A DNA stretch of 37,430 nt from a virus (IMGVR_UViG_3300020044_002313:1-37430), one strand, 5' to 3'. Shown: positions 1-8,784, counted from the stretch's first letter. Numbers and translations are program-made. The notes: generated by a model not told the origin, from the sequence alone.

Positions 1-121
1 ATAGCTTCGACCCAGGATGCCGAATGGAGCATTGGCGAGATGCGCATTGATCTGACAAGCGGGGGTGGTCGATGAAAGTCAATCTTCCGCCAGCACCGGC
101 TAAATATGAGCCTGACTACTT
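1..121. repeat. Terminal direct repeat, copy 1 (circular assembly overlap)
   Basis: Bases 1-121 are identical to 37310-37430; the ORFs read continuously across the junction. Confidence 0.97.
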
Positions 122-302
122 TATCAGGGCGTTTGCGGCCATCGATCGGATCTTTAGCAGGACGGTTTCTACCATCGAGGTGACGGATTCCATCCTGCTT
201 CAGTCGCCGAACGGATCAGTGTATAAGGTGACGGTTGGAAACACTGGAACTCTCACAACGACGTTGGTGCCACTTGGACAAACAGGCGCACCTAATTACT
301 AA
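72..302 (+). CDS. Small virion-associated protein following the tail hub gene
   Basis: On the circle its ATG overlaps the stop of 35642..37384 (ATGA); position in the structural operon. Confidence 0.7.
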   Translation: MKVNLPPAPAKYEPDYFIRAFAAIDRIFSRTVSTIEVTDSILLQSPNGSVYKVTVGNTGTLTTTLVPLGQTGAPNY

Positions 303-648
303 GCTTCAGATCGCGCTCGATCACGGTGGCAACACCCATTCGGTCGAAGACGTGTTTGAAGCTTTGCAATCCGGCCAGATGCAAATGCTCTGGAAGGAGA
401 ATTCTGGCGTTGTGACGATGGTAAGCCAGTATCCTCGTAAGCGGGCGATGACGGTTTTCTTGGTCTTTGGCGATATGGACGAGGCGATGACGATGCAGCC
501 TCAGTTGGTCCAGATGGCAAAGGATATGGGCTGCGAGTTTATCGAGATGAGTGGACGAGTGGGCTGGAGCAAGGTTCTGCCCAAATATGGCTGGCATCAA
601 ACGGGCATTTCTCATGCTCTGCCTATTATGGAGATGACACATGGGTAA
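274..648 (+). CDS. Putative GNAT-fold (acetyltransferase-like) morphogenesis protein preceding the ejection proteins
   Basis: Probable TTG start at 274 within ORF 235..648; C-terminal AKDMGCEFIEMSGRVGW pattern; synteny with podovirus gp13/gp14-like genes. Confidence 0.55.
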   Translation: MDKQAHLITKLQIALDHGGNTHSVEDVFEALQSGQMQMLWKENSGVVTMVSQYPRKRAMTVFLVFGDMDEAMTMQPQLVQMAKDMGCEFIEMSGRVGWSKVLPKYGWHQTGISHALPIMEMTHG

Positions 649-1576
649 GAGCGCACCATCGTCTCAGACGGTTGTAAACAAGACAGAACTGCCTCAGTGG
701 GTCCAGGAAGCTGGTCAGAAGAACCTTGCTGCGGCCTACGATGTGTCGGCTAACATGCTTGGCCCATATGAAGGCCAGCGGGTTGCCGGTCTAACGCCTG
801 GCACGGAGCAGGTGGTTGGCAACATCACGCAAAATGCGGCCATGTCGCAGCCTGCCTTTGCCTACGCTCAACAACTTGCGGCGCAAGCTGGCGGGTATCA
901 ACCGACGCAGGTTCAGCCTGGTCAGCTCTCCCAAACCGATCTGTCCCAGTACATGAACCCCTACACGCAGGCGGTTCTTGGGACTTCGCTTGATGTGCTA
1001 AACCAGCAGCGGCTGACCGGGTTGAACCAAGCCTATGACGCGGCTCTGAAGGCCAAGGCTTTTGGTGGATCGCGGCAGGCCATCCAAGAAGGCGTTGTGA
1101 ATGCTGCGGCGCAACAGCAGGCTGGGCAACTGGCGGCGCAGTTGATGGCGCAGAACTATGGGCAGGCGCAGACGGCGGCGCAGGCTGACATTACACGGGC
1201 TATGGAGGCTCAGCGTCTTAATCAGCAGGCTGGTCTATCTGGCGCCCAGTTGGGCATCCAGGGCGCTGGTGCTCTTGGTCAACTGGCTGGCGCTGGTCAG
1301 GAAGCCTATCTAACAGGGCAGACAGGGGCGCTGACGGCTCAATCGCTATTGCAGGCCCAGCAGCAGGCTCAACTTGATGCGGCCCAGCAGGCCTATCGTG
1401 AAGCCCAGCAATTCCCCATCCAACAGCTTCAGATCCCGATCCAGGCTCTTGGTGCAACCCCATATGGCTCTACAAAGACAGAGACAGGGCCAGGGATGCA
1501 GAGCAGTCCATTGCTGAGCGGTCTTGGCGGTGCAGCGTCTGCCGTGTCGATCATGGCCGGACTGGCTTCACTGTGA
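641..1576 (+). CDS. Internal virion/DNA ejection protein (P22 gp7-like position)
   Basis: 311 aa, Q/A/G-rich and helical, Gly-rich hydrophobic C-terminus; SD GGAGA; synteny. Confidence 0.7.
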   Translation: MGKSAPSSQTVVNKTELPQWVQEAGQKNLAAAYDVSANMLGPYEGQRVAGLTPGTEQVVGNITQNAAMSQPAFAYAQQLAAQAGGYQPTQVQPGQLSQTDLSQYMNPYTQAVLGTSLDVLNQQRLTGLNQAYDAALKAKAFGGSRQAIQEGVVNAAAQQQAGQLAAQLMAQNYGQAQTAAQADITRAMEAQRLNQQAGLSGAQLGIQGAGALGQLAGAGQEAYLTGQTGALTAQSLLQAQQQAQLDAAQQAYREAQQFPIQQLQIPIQALGATPYGSTKTETGPGMQSSPLLSGLGGAASAVSIMAGLASL

Positions 1577-2262
1577 TTGATACTGCGCTCCAGTTCTCGG
1601 GCGGCAAGGATAGCCTTGCCTGCCTCTATCTCTATCGTGAGCGATGGGATGATCTCTATGTGGTCTGGCTGGACACCGGGGCATCCTATCCAGAGATGTT
1701 GGAATATATGGAGCGTTGGTCGAAGCGGTTGCCGCATTTCATCCATCTGAAATCGGATCAGCCTGCGAACATTGCGGAAAGAGGATGGCCGGTTGACGTT
1801 CTGCCGATTGAAAACACGGCTCTTGGCAAGGCGATCAGCGGGAATGAAGGCCCAACGATGCAATCTTGCCTGGAGTGTTGCGCGATCAACATCTGGATTC
1901 CCCTATATCAGGGGATCAAGGATCTGGGCTGCACGAAGATCATTAAGGGTCAGAGGATGGATGACAGGCGCAAGTCAACGTCCAAGAATGGACAGATCAT
2001 CGACGGCATCGAGTACATCATGCCGATTGAGGACTGGACCGAAAAGCAGGTGTTCGATTATCTGGCGCAGGTTGGTGCGGATATGCCGCCCGGCTATGGG
2101 CTCGGCGAGAAAACAGGCCGCGATTGCTGGAATTGCACTGGCTTTCTGGACGACAACCGCAAACGCATCCATAATCTGCCAGACAGCAAGCGTGAAGAGA
2201 TGCTGCGCCGCTTGGCAATCATCGACAAGGCAATCGACGACCAGAGGGTGCGTTATGGCTGA
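1573..2262 (+). CDS. PAPS/APS-reductase family PP-loop protein
   Basis: FSGGKDS PP-loop, WLDTG, ECC, KGQRMDD, PIEDWTEKQVFDYL, DCWNC; GTGA coupling to the upstream gene. Confidence 0.85.
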   Translation: MIDTALQFSGGKDSLACLYLYRERWDDLYVVWLDTGASYPEMLEYMERWSKRLPHFIHLKSDQPANIAERGWPVDVLPIENTALGKAISGNEGPTMQSCLECCAINIWIPLYQGIKDLGCTKIIKGQRMDDRRKSTSKNGQIIDGIEYIMPIEDWTEKQVFDYLAQVGADMPPGYGLGEKTGRDCWNCTGFLDDNRKRIHNLPDSKREEMLRRLAIIDKAIDDQRVRYG

Positions 2263-3223
2263 CAATCTGTTTGGCGATCTTGAGCGGCAATATGGTCTCC
2301 CGTCTGGGTTTCTGGCGCGGACGTATCAGATTGAGAGCGGGAGCGGGGCAAACCTCTACAACCCATTGTCAAAAGCTGCTGGCGGTTTCCAGTTTATCCC
2401 AAGCACTGCAAAACAATATGGATTGAAAGACCCATATGATCTTGCGCAGTCGGCTGATGCGGCGGCAAGGCTTGCGGCTGACAATCGTGCTGCATTGCAG
2501 AAAGCTGGGATCGAAAGTCCATCCGCCGCGCAACTCTATCTTGCCCATCAGCAAGGCGCATCTGGCGCGAACAAACTGCTTGGTGGCGCAGATACCAAGG
2601 CCACAGACATTGTGGGCGAAAAGGCTGTTCTTTGGAACGCTGGCAAAGCCTCGATGACAGGCCCAGAGTTTGCCGAGCGCATCATGGCGAAGTTCGAAGG
2701 AACAACGCCTGCTGCGGCTCCTGTTAACTATACGGCTCCCTGGTCAAATGCAGCCAGCGCGTTGGGTGATGTGGATCAAAGGTATCTTGGCGGAAGTCTT
2801 GGATTGCTTCAAAAGCAGGCATCCAATCTGCTGGGCATGGTGACGCCAGAAGGATCGGCATCTTTGCCTGCTGCGGCGCCATCACCCATAGGCTTTACAG
2901 AGCCTGGGCAGAGGTTTGGGGCAAGCCTGCCGCAGTCGCTAATGGGATCTCAGCCACCGGGTGGCGTTGGGCCTATGGCAACGGCTGGAGGCGGTCAGGC
3001 GGCAATGGCGGCTGTTCCTTTAGCTCCAAAGGATACGGGCTTCAGCATCGACAATATGACGGCTGGACAGGCCGCAGGGTTTGCCGGGCTTGGGAATGCT
3101 CTGATAGCAGCGGGCGCCCCAAAGATGACTTGGAAGCCCAGCGGCGAGGCAGCACCAGCCTTTCGAGGGCAGTGGCGTGATGACATCTTTGCCGGGCTGC
3201 TTGGCCCGCGTTCTTGGGGATAA
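2255..3223 (+). CDS. Internal virion protein with N-terminal lytic transglycosylase (SLT-like) domain
   Basis: Start ATG 2255 within ORF 1772..3223; QIES catalytic motif, AAGGFQFIPST, LYLAHQQG; low-complexity C-terminal half. Confidence 0.85.
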   Translation: MADNLFGDLERQYGLPSGFLARTYQIESGSGANLYNPLSKAAGGFQFIPSTAKQYGLKDPYDLAQSADAAARLAADNRAALQKAGIESPSAAQLYLAHQQGASGANKLLGGADTKATDIVGEKAVLWNAGKASMTGPEFAERIMAKFEGTTPAAAPVNYTAPWSNAASALGDVDQRYLGGSLGLLQKQASNLLGMVTPEGSASLPAAAPSPIGFTEPGQRFGASLPQSLMGSQPPGGVGPMATAGGGQAAMAAVPLAPKDTGFSIDNMTAGQAAGFAGLGNALIAAGAPKMTWKPSGEAAPAFRGQWRDDIFAGLLGPRSWG

Positions 3224-3228
3224 CAGAC

Positions 3229-3573
3229 ATGGCGACAATCGAAGACATCAACAGCATGTATCTCGGTCTGACCGGCACCCCCGGCGATCCGCAGATCCTC
3301 GGCTATCTCTATGACGCCATCAACAATGGCAGAATGACGATCGGGGACGTGCGAGCAATGATCGCCCCGCAACAGGCTATGCCTGCTGGTCTGCTTGGTC
3401 CAGCGCCTCAGCAGGCGCCGCAGATCAACCCAGAGATCGCCAATGCCTTCATGCAATCGCTGCTCTATCAATCGCAGTTGCCGGGCATGAATCGCATGGA
3501 GAACCCAACTGCCAGAGGTCAGGCATATACGCCTCCTATGCCAACGCCAACTCGTGTAAGCTGGTCGAAATAA
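3229..3573 (+). CDS. Small P/Q/M-rich protein, probable internal virion protein
   Basis: ATG 3229 just after the previous stop; lies between ejection-protein genes. Confidence 0.65.
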   Translation: MATIEDINSMYLGLTGTPGDPQILGYLYDAINNGRMTIGDVRAMIAPQQAMPAGLLGPAPQQAPQINPEIANAFMQSLLYQSQLPGMNRMENPTARGQAYTPPMPTPTRVSWSK

Positions 3574-3611
3574 CTGCTGGGTGTCCCGGCTACAGATGAT
3601 GAGGACGACAC

Positions 3612-5261
3612 ATGGCTGAGAATGACTTCCTGAGCGGCCTTCTGGGGGGCGCAAAAGACGTTGGCAGTTCGATCTATGGCTTCCTGGGTGGCGGCGAGCA
3701 GACGCCTGCTGCTGGTGGGCAGATGCCTGATAGCATGTCGATGATGTCACAGGCTGATCAAAGGCGGCTGATGTTCTCGACATTGGGTCAGGTTGGTGCG
3801 GCGTTGCTGGCTGCTGGCGCCCGTCAGTCGCCGGAAAGCAGGGCGCAGGCGTTGGCTCAGCTTGGCAAGATCGGCCCAGGCATTGAGGAGTCGATGCAGA
3901 GGAATGCGGCGCTTCAGCAGCAGAGGATCGCGGCGCAGCGGCAGAATGAGCTTTTCCCCATACAACTTGCAGCGGCAAGGGCTGGGCTCGCACAGCAGAA
4001 CATTGGGCAGGCTAAGAGTATCCTTGAACTTCAAGGGCAGGCATCGGCCTTGCAAAGACAGATTGCTACTTACGATCAAATCGGCCTTCCAGACCAGGCA
4101 AATGCGGCGCGTGGGCAGCTTTCCAATATCCAGCAGGTAATCAGGTCATTGCCTTCTGGTGGTGGCGCTCCTGCTGGTGCGCCCGCTCCTGCTATGGGGC
4201 AGACATTGCCAACTATGGCGACTCCTGCCGCAATCACTCCTGCTCAGCCAACAGTGACAACCGTTCCTGCGCCTGTTCAGATTACTGGAACAGAACTTCC
4301 TCCTCCTGTTGAGGGTGCGCCTGCACCTATGGTTCCGGCGCCTGCGGTTCCTGCGCCTCCTGTTACTCAAGCACCTGCTGTTTCACAGTTCGATCAATAT
4401 GTGAAAACAAATCTTCCCTATTTAACATCTGAGCGGGTTCGGTCTGTATTTGCTGCAAAGCCTGGAGACCCGGCTGGTGCGATGGCTGATCTTCTGAAGT
4501 TGAATGAAGATTCCCAGCAGCAGCAGTTGACGAATGAAACAAAAGTCAGAAATGACTTCAGCCCAAAAGCTGACCGATATGACACAATCCAGAAAGCATA
4601 TCTCACGCTTCCGAACTTAGGAGACCTGAAGAGCGGCATATCTGACCATGCTCTGATCCTATCCTATTACAAAATATTTGATCCGGGATCTGTTGTCTCG
4701 ACAAACGAAACAGGACAACTGCAAGCATCAAGCGGCGCACTTGATAGCGCATTGCAAGGCAGATTGAACAAGGTGCTGACAGGTGAGTTGCTGACTCCAA
4801 AAGAGCGGATGGATCTCTACGCATCAGCAAAGGCTAAATTCGAGCAGGAATATACCTCCTATGAGAAGGCTTATGGATCGGCAGTCAAGAATGCAGAAGC
4901 GTTCAAGCTAGATCCAGAACGGTCAGTGCCTGATGTTCGTGATCCTCAGGTTATTTCAACAGTTAGACGTGAGCGTGATCTGGCTGACATTTCCAGAAAG
5001 ATCAGCGCAAACGAGGTTATGACACTTGGACTAGAAGACCTTAACCTCCTGGACCCAAGCAAGATGACTAAGCCTGCAAGGGATGCAGCAAAAGCACAAC
5101 TTGATCGGCTCCAAAAAGCTGCAATGGTTCCGCCTCCTGTAGCCACAACAGAACAGCCACAGCAAGGCTACGGGCTTGGGCAGAACCCGTTGCGCGGCGC
5201 AATGCAAAATTATCCTCGCGGTCTTCTGCGTGAGAACCAACTTCCCCCCGTTGGATACTGA
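3612..5261 (+). CDS. Internal virion/ejection protein (gp20-like position)
   Basis: 549 aa; Q/A-rich N-terminus, Pro-rich linker, helical C-domain; SD GAGGA. Confidence 0.7.
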   Translation: MAENDFLSGLLGGAKDVGSSIYGFLGGGEQTPAAGGQMPDSMSMMSQADQRRLMFSTLGQVGAALLAAGARQSPESRAQALAQLGKIGPGIEESMQRNAALQQQRIAAQRQNELFPIQLAAARAGLAQQNIGQAKSILELQGQASALQRQIATYDQIGLPDQANAARGQLSNIQQVIRSLPSGGGAPAGAPAPAMGQTLPTMATPAAITPAQPTVTTVPAPVQITGTELPPPVEGAPAPMVPAPAVPAPPVTQAPAVSQFDQYVKTNLPYLTSERVRSVFAAKPGDPAGAMADLLKLNEDSQQQQLTNETKVRNDFSPKADRYDTIQKAYLTLPNLGDLKSGISDHALILSYYKIFDPGSVVSTNETGQLQASSGALDSALQGRLNKVLTGELLTPKERMDLYASAKAKFEQEYTSYEKAYGSAVKNAEAFKLDPERSVPDVRDPQVISTVRRERDLADISRKISANEVMTLGLEDLNLLDPSKMTKPARDAAKAQLDRLQKAAMVPPPVATTEQPQQGYGLGQNPLRGAMQNYPRGLLRENQLPPVGY

Positions 5262-5269
5262 GGTGATTT

Positions 5270-7288
5270 ATGGCTGACGACAACATTCTTGATCGCCTGA
5301 AGTCCTACAGAACGGCAGGGCAACCTGAGACGGCTGTTGGCCCTAGTGCGGCTGATGCAGCGCAGGCTGAGATGCTGCGCATTGCACAGACGCGCTCTAA
5401 GTTTGGCTTGCAGCCATCTAGTAGCATTTGGCGTGATGTCGTTGGCCGTGGAGTTATCGGGCAAGGACTGGCAATGGGCGGTGGCGATGAAGTTGAAGCC
5501 TATGCACGGTCTTTGGTTTCTGGAACGCCTTATGAGTCAGAGCTTGCAAAAGTTCATGGCGAGATTGCTGTTGCTAAGGCTGAGCGCCCTATAGCGATGG
5601 GGGCTGCTGAACTAGGTGGCGCTGTTCTTCCTGCTGCTGCGACGTATTTCATCCCTGGTATGCAAGCAGCGGCTCCTGCTGCAACTGCAAGGACTGCTGG
5701 GCTGGTTGCGCAGATCGTTCGTGGTGCTGGTACTGGCGCTGTTGTTGGCGGTGGTACAGGAGGCGTTGAGGGCTTCCTAAAGGGTGAGGGTGGGGCAGGC
5801 GCACGGCTTGATAAGGCGGCTGAAGGCGCAATGATGGGCGGCTTGTTTGGCGGCACTATTGGCGGCGCTCTGCCGCTTGCAAAAGGTGCCTTACAAGCGT
5901 TCAACGCTCCTGCTGAACAGGTTGCGGCAACTCGTTTGCAGAACGTCTTGCAGCGTGAAGGAACTGACATCGAGGCCGCAACCCAACAATATATGGCTCG
6001 TCAGGCAACTGGTGCAAAACCTGAAATCATGGCTGATGTGTATGCTGGCGGTCCCGTGTTTATGGAGTCGCGCCGGGTTGCCAATATGCCTGGTGAAGCC
6101 ACTGCATTGGCACAGCAAACGTTGAGCGAGCGAGCAAAGACACAAGGTCCGCGCATCCAGTCTGCTTTTGAAGAGATGGCTGGGACTGATGCTAAATTCT
6201 ATCCTGTGATGAAAGAACTAGAGACAGTTCGCAGCACAACTGCTGCGCCTTTGTATAAAGAGGCATATCCGCAGCCTGCTCGATCTGCCGCAATTGATGA
6301 CGTATTGATACGCGTTGAGGACTCCGTGTTTGACGAGGCCAGGAAGGCTGCTCGGGATGAGAAGCTGATCTTCCCAAACCTTGTTCAGCGCAATGTAGGT
6401 GGGGAAGCCAAGGTTGTTGGCGACTACACCATCAAAGAAGTCGATATGGTGAAGCGTGGACTGGACTCTATCATTGAAAGTGGAACCGATATAACCGGGA
6501 AACTGAATGAGTCGGCTCGACGTGCTTTCCGTCAAAAACAGCAGCTTACCAAGGCGGCTGATGAGGCTGTTCCAACTTATGCTGCGGCTCGATCTGCCTG
6601 GGCTGGACCCAGTGCAGTTATGGACTCGATGAAAAAGGGACAGCGCATCTTTAATGAACGTGCTGAAAATTCATTGAGCGATATTGTCAGCATGGGCAAG
6701 TCTGAAAAGGAAGGCTTTCTTGTCGGCGTCTTGGATTCGGTCCAGCAGCGCATTGATGCTGTTATGGCCGGAACAGATACCAGCAGGCGCTTCCTTTCTG
6801 GTCTGAACAAAAAACAGATCGAAGCGGCGGCATCTGCTGTTGCCAAAGACCCTGTTGAAGCCAAGGTTATCGCGAATAAGTTGATCGACAACATTGAGCG
6901 CGAGTTTCGCATGGCTGAAACAAAGCGTGGCATCAAAGGTGTTTCGGCTACAGCAGGATTGCAGGCAGAGCAGCAATCAGCTTTGCAGCAGGCTGGCACG
7001 GCTGGGAGCATACTGACGCAGCTTGCACAAGGAATGTCGCCAACGTCTATGGCGGCTCGCGGCGTTCAGGGTGGGCTGAGCCGATTGGCAACTGGTGTGA
7101 CCGGCAAGCGCATGGAAGATGTCAACCAGGAGCTTGCCAAGTATCTATATGCTAAAGATCCAGCGGCATTGCAGGCCCAGACTAGCCGCCTGATGCAGGC
7201 TTTGCAGCAAAAAGGGCAACAGGCAATGCCGTCCAGGCGCGAGCAACTGATCCCTGGCTTGCTAGGTGGGTCATACGGCTCACGCTGA
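5270..7288 (+). CDS. Large internal virion/ejection protein (gp16-like position)
   Basis: 672 aa; Gly/Ala-rich membrane-like segments; last gene before the terminator; SD GAGGTG. Confidence 0.7.
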   Translation: MADDNILDRLKSYRTAGQPETAVGPSAADAAQAEMLRIAQTRSKFGLQPSSSIWRDVVGRGVIGQGLAMGGGDEVEAYARSLVSGTPYESELAKVHGEIAVAKAERPIAMGAAELGGAVLPAAATYFIPGMQAAAPAATARTAGLVAQIVRGAGTGAVVGGGTGGVEGFLKGEGGAGARLDKAAEGAMMGGLFGGTIGGALPLAKGALQAFNAPAEQVAATRLQNVLQREGTDIEAATQQYMARQATGAKPEIMADVYAGGPVFMESRRVANMPGEATALAQQTLSERAKTQGPRIQSAFEEMAGTDAKFYPVMKELETVRSTTAAPLYKEAYPQPARSAAIDDVLIRVEDSVFDEARKAARDEKLIFPNLVQRNVGGEAKVVGDYTIKEVDMVKRGLDSIIESGTDITGKLNESARRAFRQKQQLTKAADEAVPTYAAARSAWAGPSAVMDSMKKGQRIFNERAENSLSDIVSMGKSEKEGFLVGVLDSVQQRIDAVMAGTDTSRRFLSGLNKKQIEAAASAVAKDPVEAKVIANKLIDNIEREFRMAETKRGIKGVSATAGLQAEQQSALQQAGTAGSILTQLAQGMSPTSMAARGVQGGLSRLATGVTGKRMEDVNQELAKYLYAKDPAALQAQTSRLMQALQQKGQQAMPSRREQLIPGLLGGSYGSR

Positions 7289-7310
7289 TAACTCACTGAT
7301 TATTAACGAT

Positions 7311-7358
7311 AAATGGCGGTTGTGGAAAAAATATCCATGACCGCCATTTTTCCTGTTT
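7311..7358 (+). terminator. Intrinsic terminator ending the late operon (possibly bidirectional)
   Basis: AAATGGCGGT-TGTGGA / TCCATG-ACCGCCATTT stem with G:U pairs, followed by a T-rich tail. Confidence 0.75.
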
Positions 7359-7384
7359 ACAAAATCTTTTTTGCATAATAAATT
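7356..7384 (+). promoter_or_regulatory. Sigma70-like early promoter
   Basis: TTTACA-N17-TAAATT in an AT-rich intergenic region upstream of the early genes. Confidence 0.6.
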
Positions 7385-7434
7385 ATTTTACATGGGCTGG
7401 TGATTCGCACCGCCCTGCAACGGGGTCAAACGAT

Positions 7435-7584
7435 ATGTACGCAGTTCTTTACCGTCCCAAGGATGCCGGATGGCGTCATGTTGGCGATCATGCCGCAATG
7501 TTCAACACGCTGCGCGATGCCTGCCGCTACGCAATCAAGATGAATGGAGACCGCACCGGTCCTTTCTATTATTGGGTGGCGTGA
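7435..7584 (+). CDS. Hypothetical early protein, 49 aa (MYAVLYRPKDAGW...)
   Basis: Translated by hand; TGATG coupling to the next ORF. Confidence 0.65.
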   Translation: MYAVLYRPKDAGWRHVGDHAAMFNTLRDACRYAIKMNGDRTGPFYYWVA

Positions 7585-7772
7585 TGAAGATCGAAAGCGA
7601 GTTTCCTACAGAATACATTGAGCTTCAGATAGCCGCCCGCAACATCGCTGACTGCTCTTTGCTGGTTTACTATGCCACGGATGAGGCCGCGCAACTGCGG
7701 CACAAGCTGGAACTCCAGCATCATCTGAAGCGGTTCAAGAAGATCATGGAGGAACTGGAATGTCAGGGATGA
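7584..7772 (+). CDS. Hypothetical early protein (MKIESEF...)
   Basis: ATG overlaps the previous stop; 3' part of ORF 7470..7772. Confidence 0.65.
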   Translation: MKIESEFPTEYIELQIAARNIADCSLLVYYATDEAAQLRHKLELQHHLKRFKKIMEELECQG

Positions 7773-7969
7773 AGCAAGCCCACTATTGGCAGCGGCAGGA
7801 GGATCGCTGGCATCAGCAGTATCTCTTGGCAGAACGTCTTTGCGACACATTGGAGCAGCGCATCTATGAACTGGAACAGGCTATCATCGACGCTGACAAA
7901 TATCCGATGCCGTTGGAGCTTCGGGAAAAACTTCGCAGTGTTCTGGGAGGCAATCATGCGGGTCAGTAG
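7760..7969 (+). CDS. Hypothetical coiled-coil protein
   Basis: SD GGAGG at 7748-7752; heptad pattern. Confidence 0.7.
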   Translation: MSGMKQAHYWQRQEDRWHQQYLLAERLCDTLEQRIYELEQAIIDADKYPMPLELREKLRSVLGGNHAGQ

Positions 7970-8153
7970 CGTCAACCGTCCGATCTTCAATATGCGGTTC
8001 AACAGGCCGCTCATGCAGCGCAAATGCCCACTCTGCAATCTGACGACAGGTGTTCTGATTCCGCAGAACCAGGCTCTCAGGGAGTTGGGGATCTACGGTG
8101 GCACACATGCCCATCTAGTTTGCGTCCAGGATGCAAGGGAGCAACGGCAATGA
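7956..8153 (+). CDS. Small putative Zn-binding protein
   Basis: SD GGAGG; CPLC...HLVC; coupled to the next gene. Confidence 0.6.
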   Translation: MRVSSVNRPIFNMRFNRPLMQRKCPLCNLTTGVLIPQNQALRELGIYGGTHAHLVCVQDAREQRQ

Positions 8154-8359
8154 AGGCAACTTTAAATGGGGCAAGCATCCGTTCAGAACTGATGCATAAG
8201 ATTGAGACCTATCTGGTCAAAAACAAAGTAAGCGCGACGCGCTTTGGTTACATGAGTACAGGCGACCCGTCCTTGATAACCAAGCTTCGAAACGGCGGCG
8301 ACATCCGCCTGCAAACCCTTGAGAAAATCATGCAATTTATGATGGATCAGAAGAAGTGA
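8150..8359 (+). CDS. Cro-like HTH DNA-binding protein
   Basis: IETYL..NKVSATRFG...GDPSLITKLRNG.DIRLQTLEKI pattern typical of alphaproteobacterial phage HTH proteins. Confidence 0.75.
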   Translation: MKATLNGASIRSELMHKIETYLVKNKVSATRFGYMSTGDPSLITKLRNGGDIRLQTLEKIMQFMMDQKK

Positions 8360-8784
8360 CTGAAGCATCACGGGCTCAAAAACTGCTCATCCAGCAGAAC
8401 GATGAAATAAATGTGTTAAGAAATCGAGTCGCAGAATTGGAGGAGGAGAACCGCCAGCTCCGTAAAGAAATGATCGGGACAGATTATGTGTTCTTTGACT
8501 TTCTATCTAACCACCAGACGAAGCTCTTGATGGGAATTTATAACCGCCCTGTAGCTGACTACGCCTACCTCGACAGGATCACCGAGCAGGGCGAAAAATA
8601 CAACCGCTACACCGACATCAACCATGAGGCTTTGCGCAACAGAGTGTCGATCTGGATGCTGCGCAAGAAGATGCGAGAACACGGCATCGAGATAAAGACG
8701 TGGCGTGGTGTCGGCTACTATCTGGATGATGAGAACAAGGCAAAACTGCGTGGCCTACTTAACACATCCGCAGAACGTGTTTAA
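8356..8784 (+). CDS. Coiled-coil plus OmpR/CtrA-type winged-helix DNA-binding protein
   Basis: C-terminal IWMLRKKM...IEIKTWRGVGYYL; no receiver domain. Confidence 0.75.
   Translation: MTEASRAQKLLIQQNDEINVLRNRVAELEEENRQLRKEMIGTDYVFFDFLSNHQTKLLMGIYNRPVADYAYLDRITEQGEKYNRYTDINHEALRNRVSIWMLRKKMREHGIEIKTWRGVGYYLDDENKAKLRGLLNTSAERV

Noticed and set aside
1772-2254. 161-aa N-terminal extension of the transglycosylase ORF
   Set aside because: Lies within the PP-loop gene and has shadow-frame composition; ATG 2255 with an SD-like GAGGG is the better start
3563-3611. Possible hammerhead-like element (GAAA...GATGAG) in the intergenic gap
   Set aside because: Lacks the CUGAUGA core and the required stems
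2995-3993. 332-aa minus-strand ORF and the other minus-strand ORFs in the track
   Set aside because: Antisense shadows of well-supported + strand genes in GC-rich DNA; no recognisable motifs
7470-7583. Upstream extension of ORF 7470..7772
   Set aside because: Better explained by 7435..7584 coupled to an ATG at 7584
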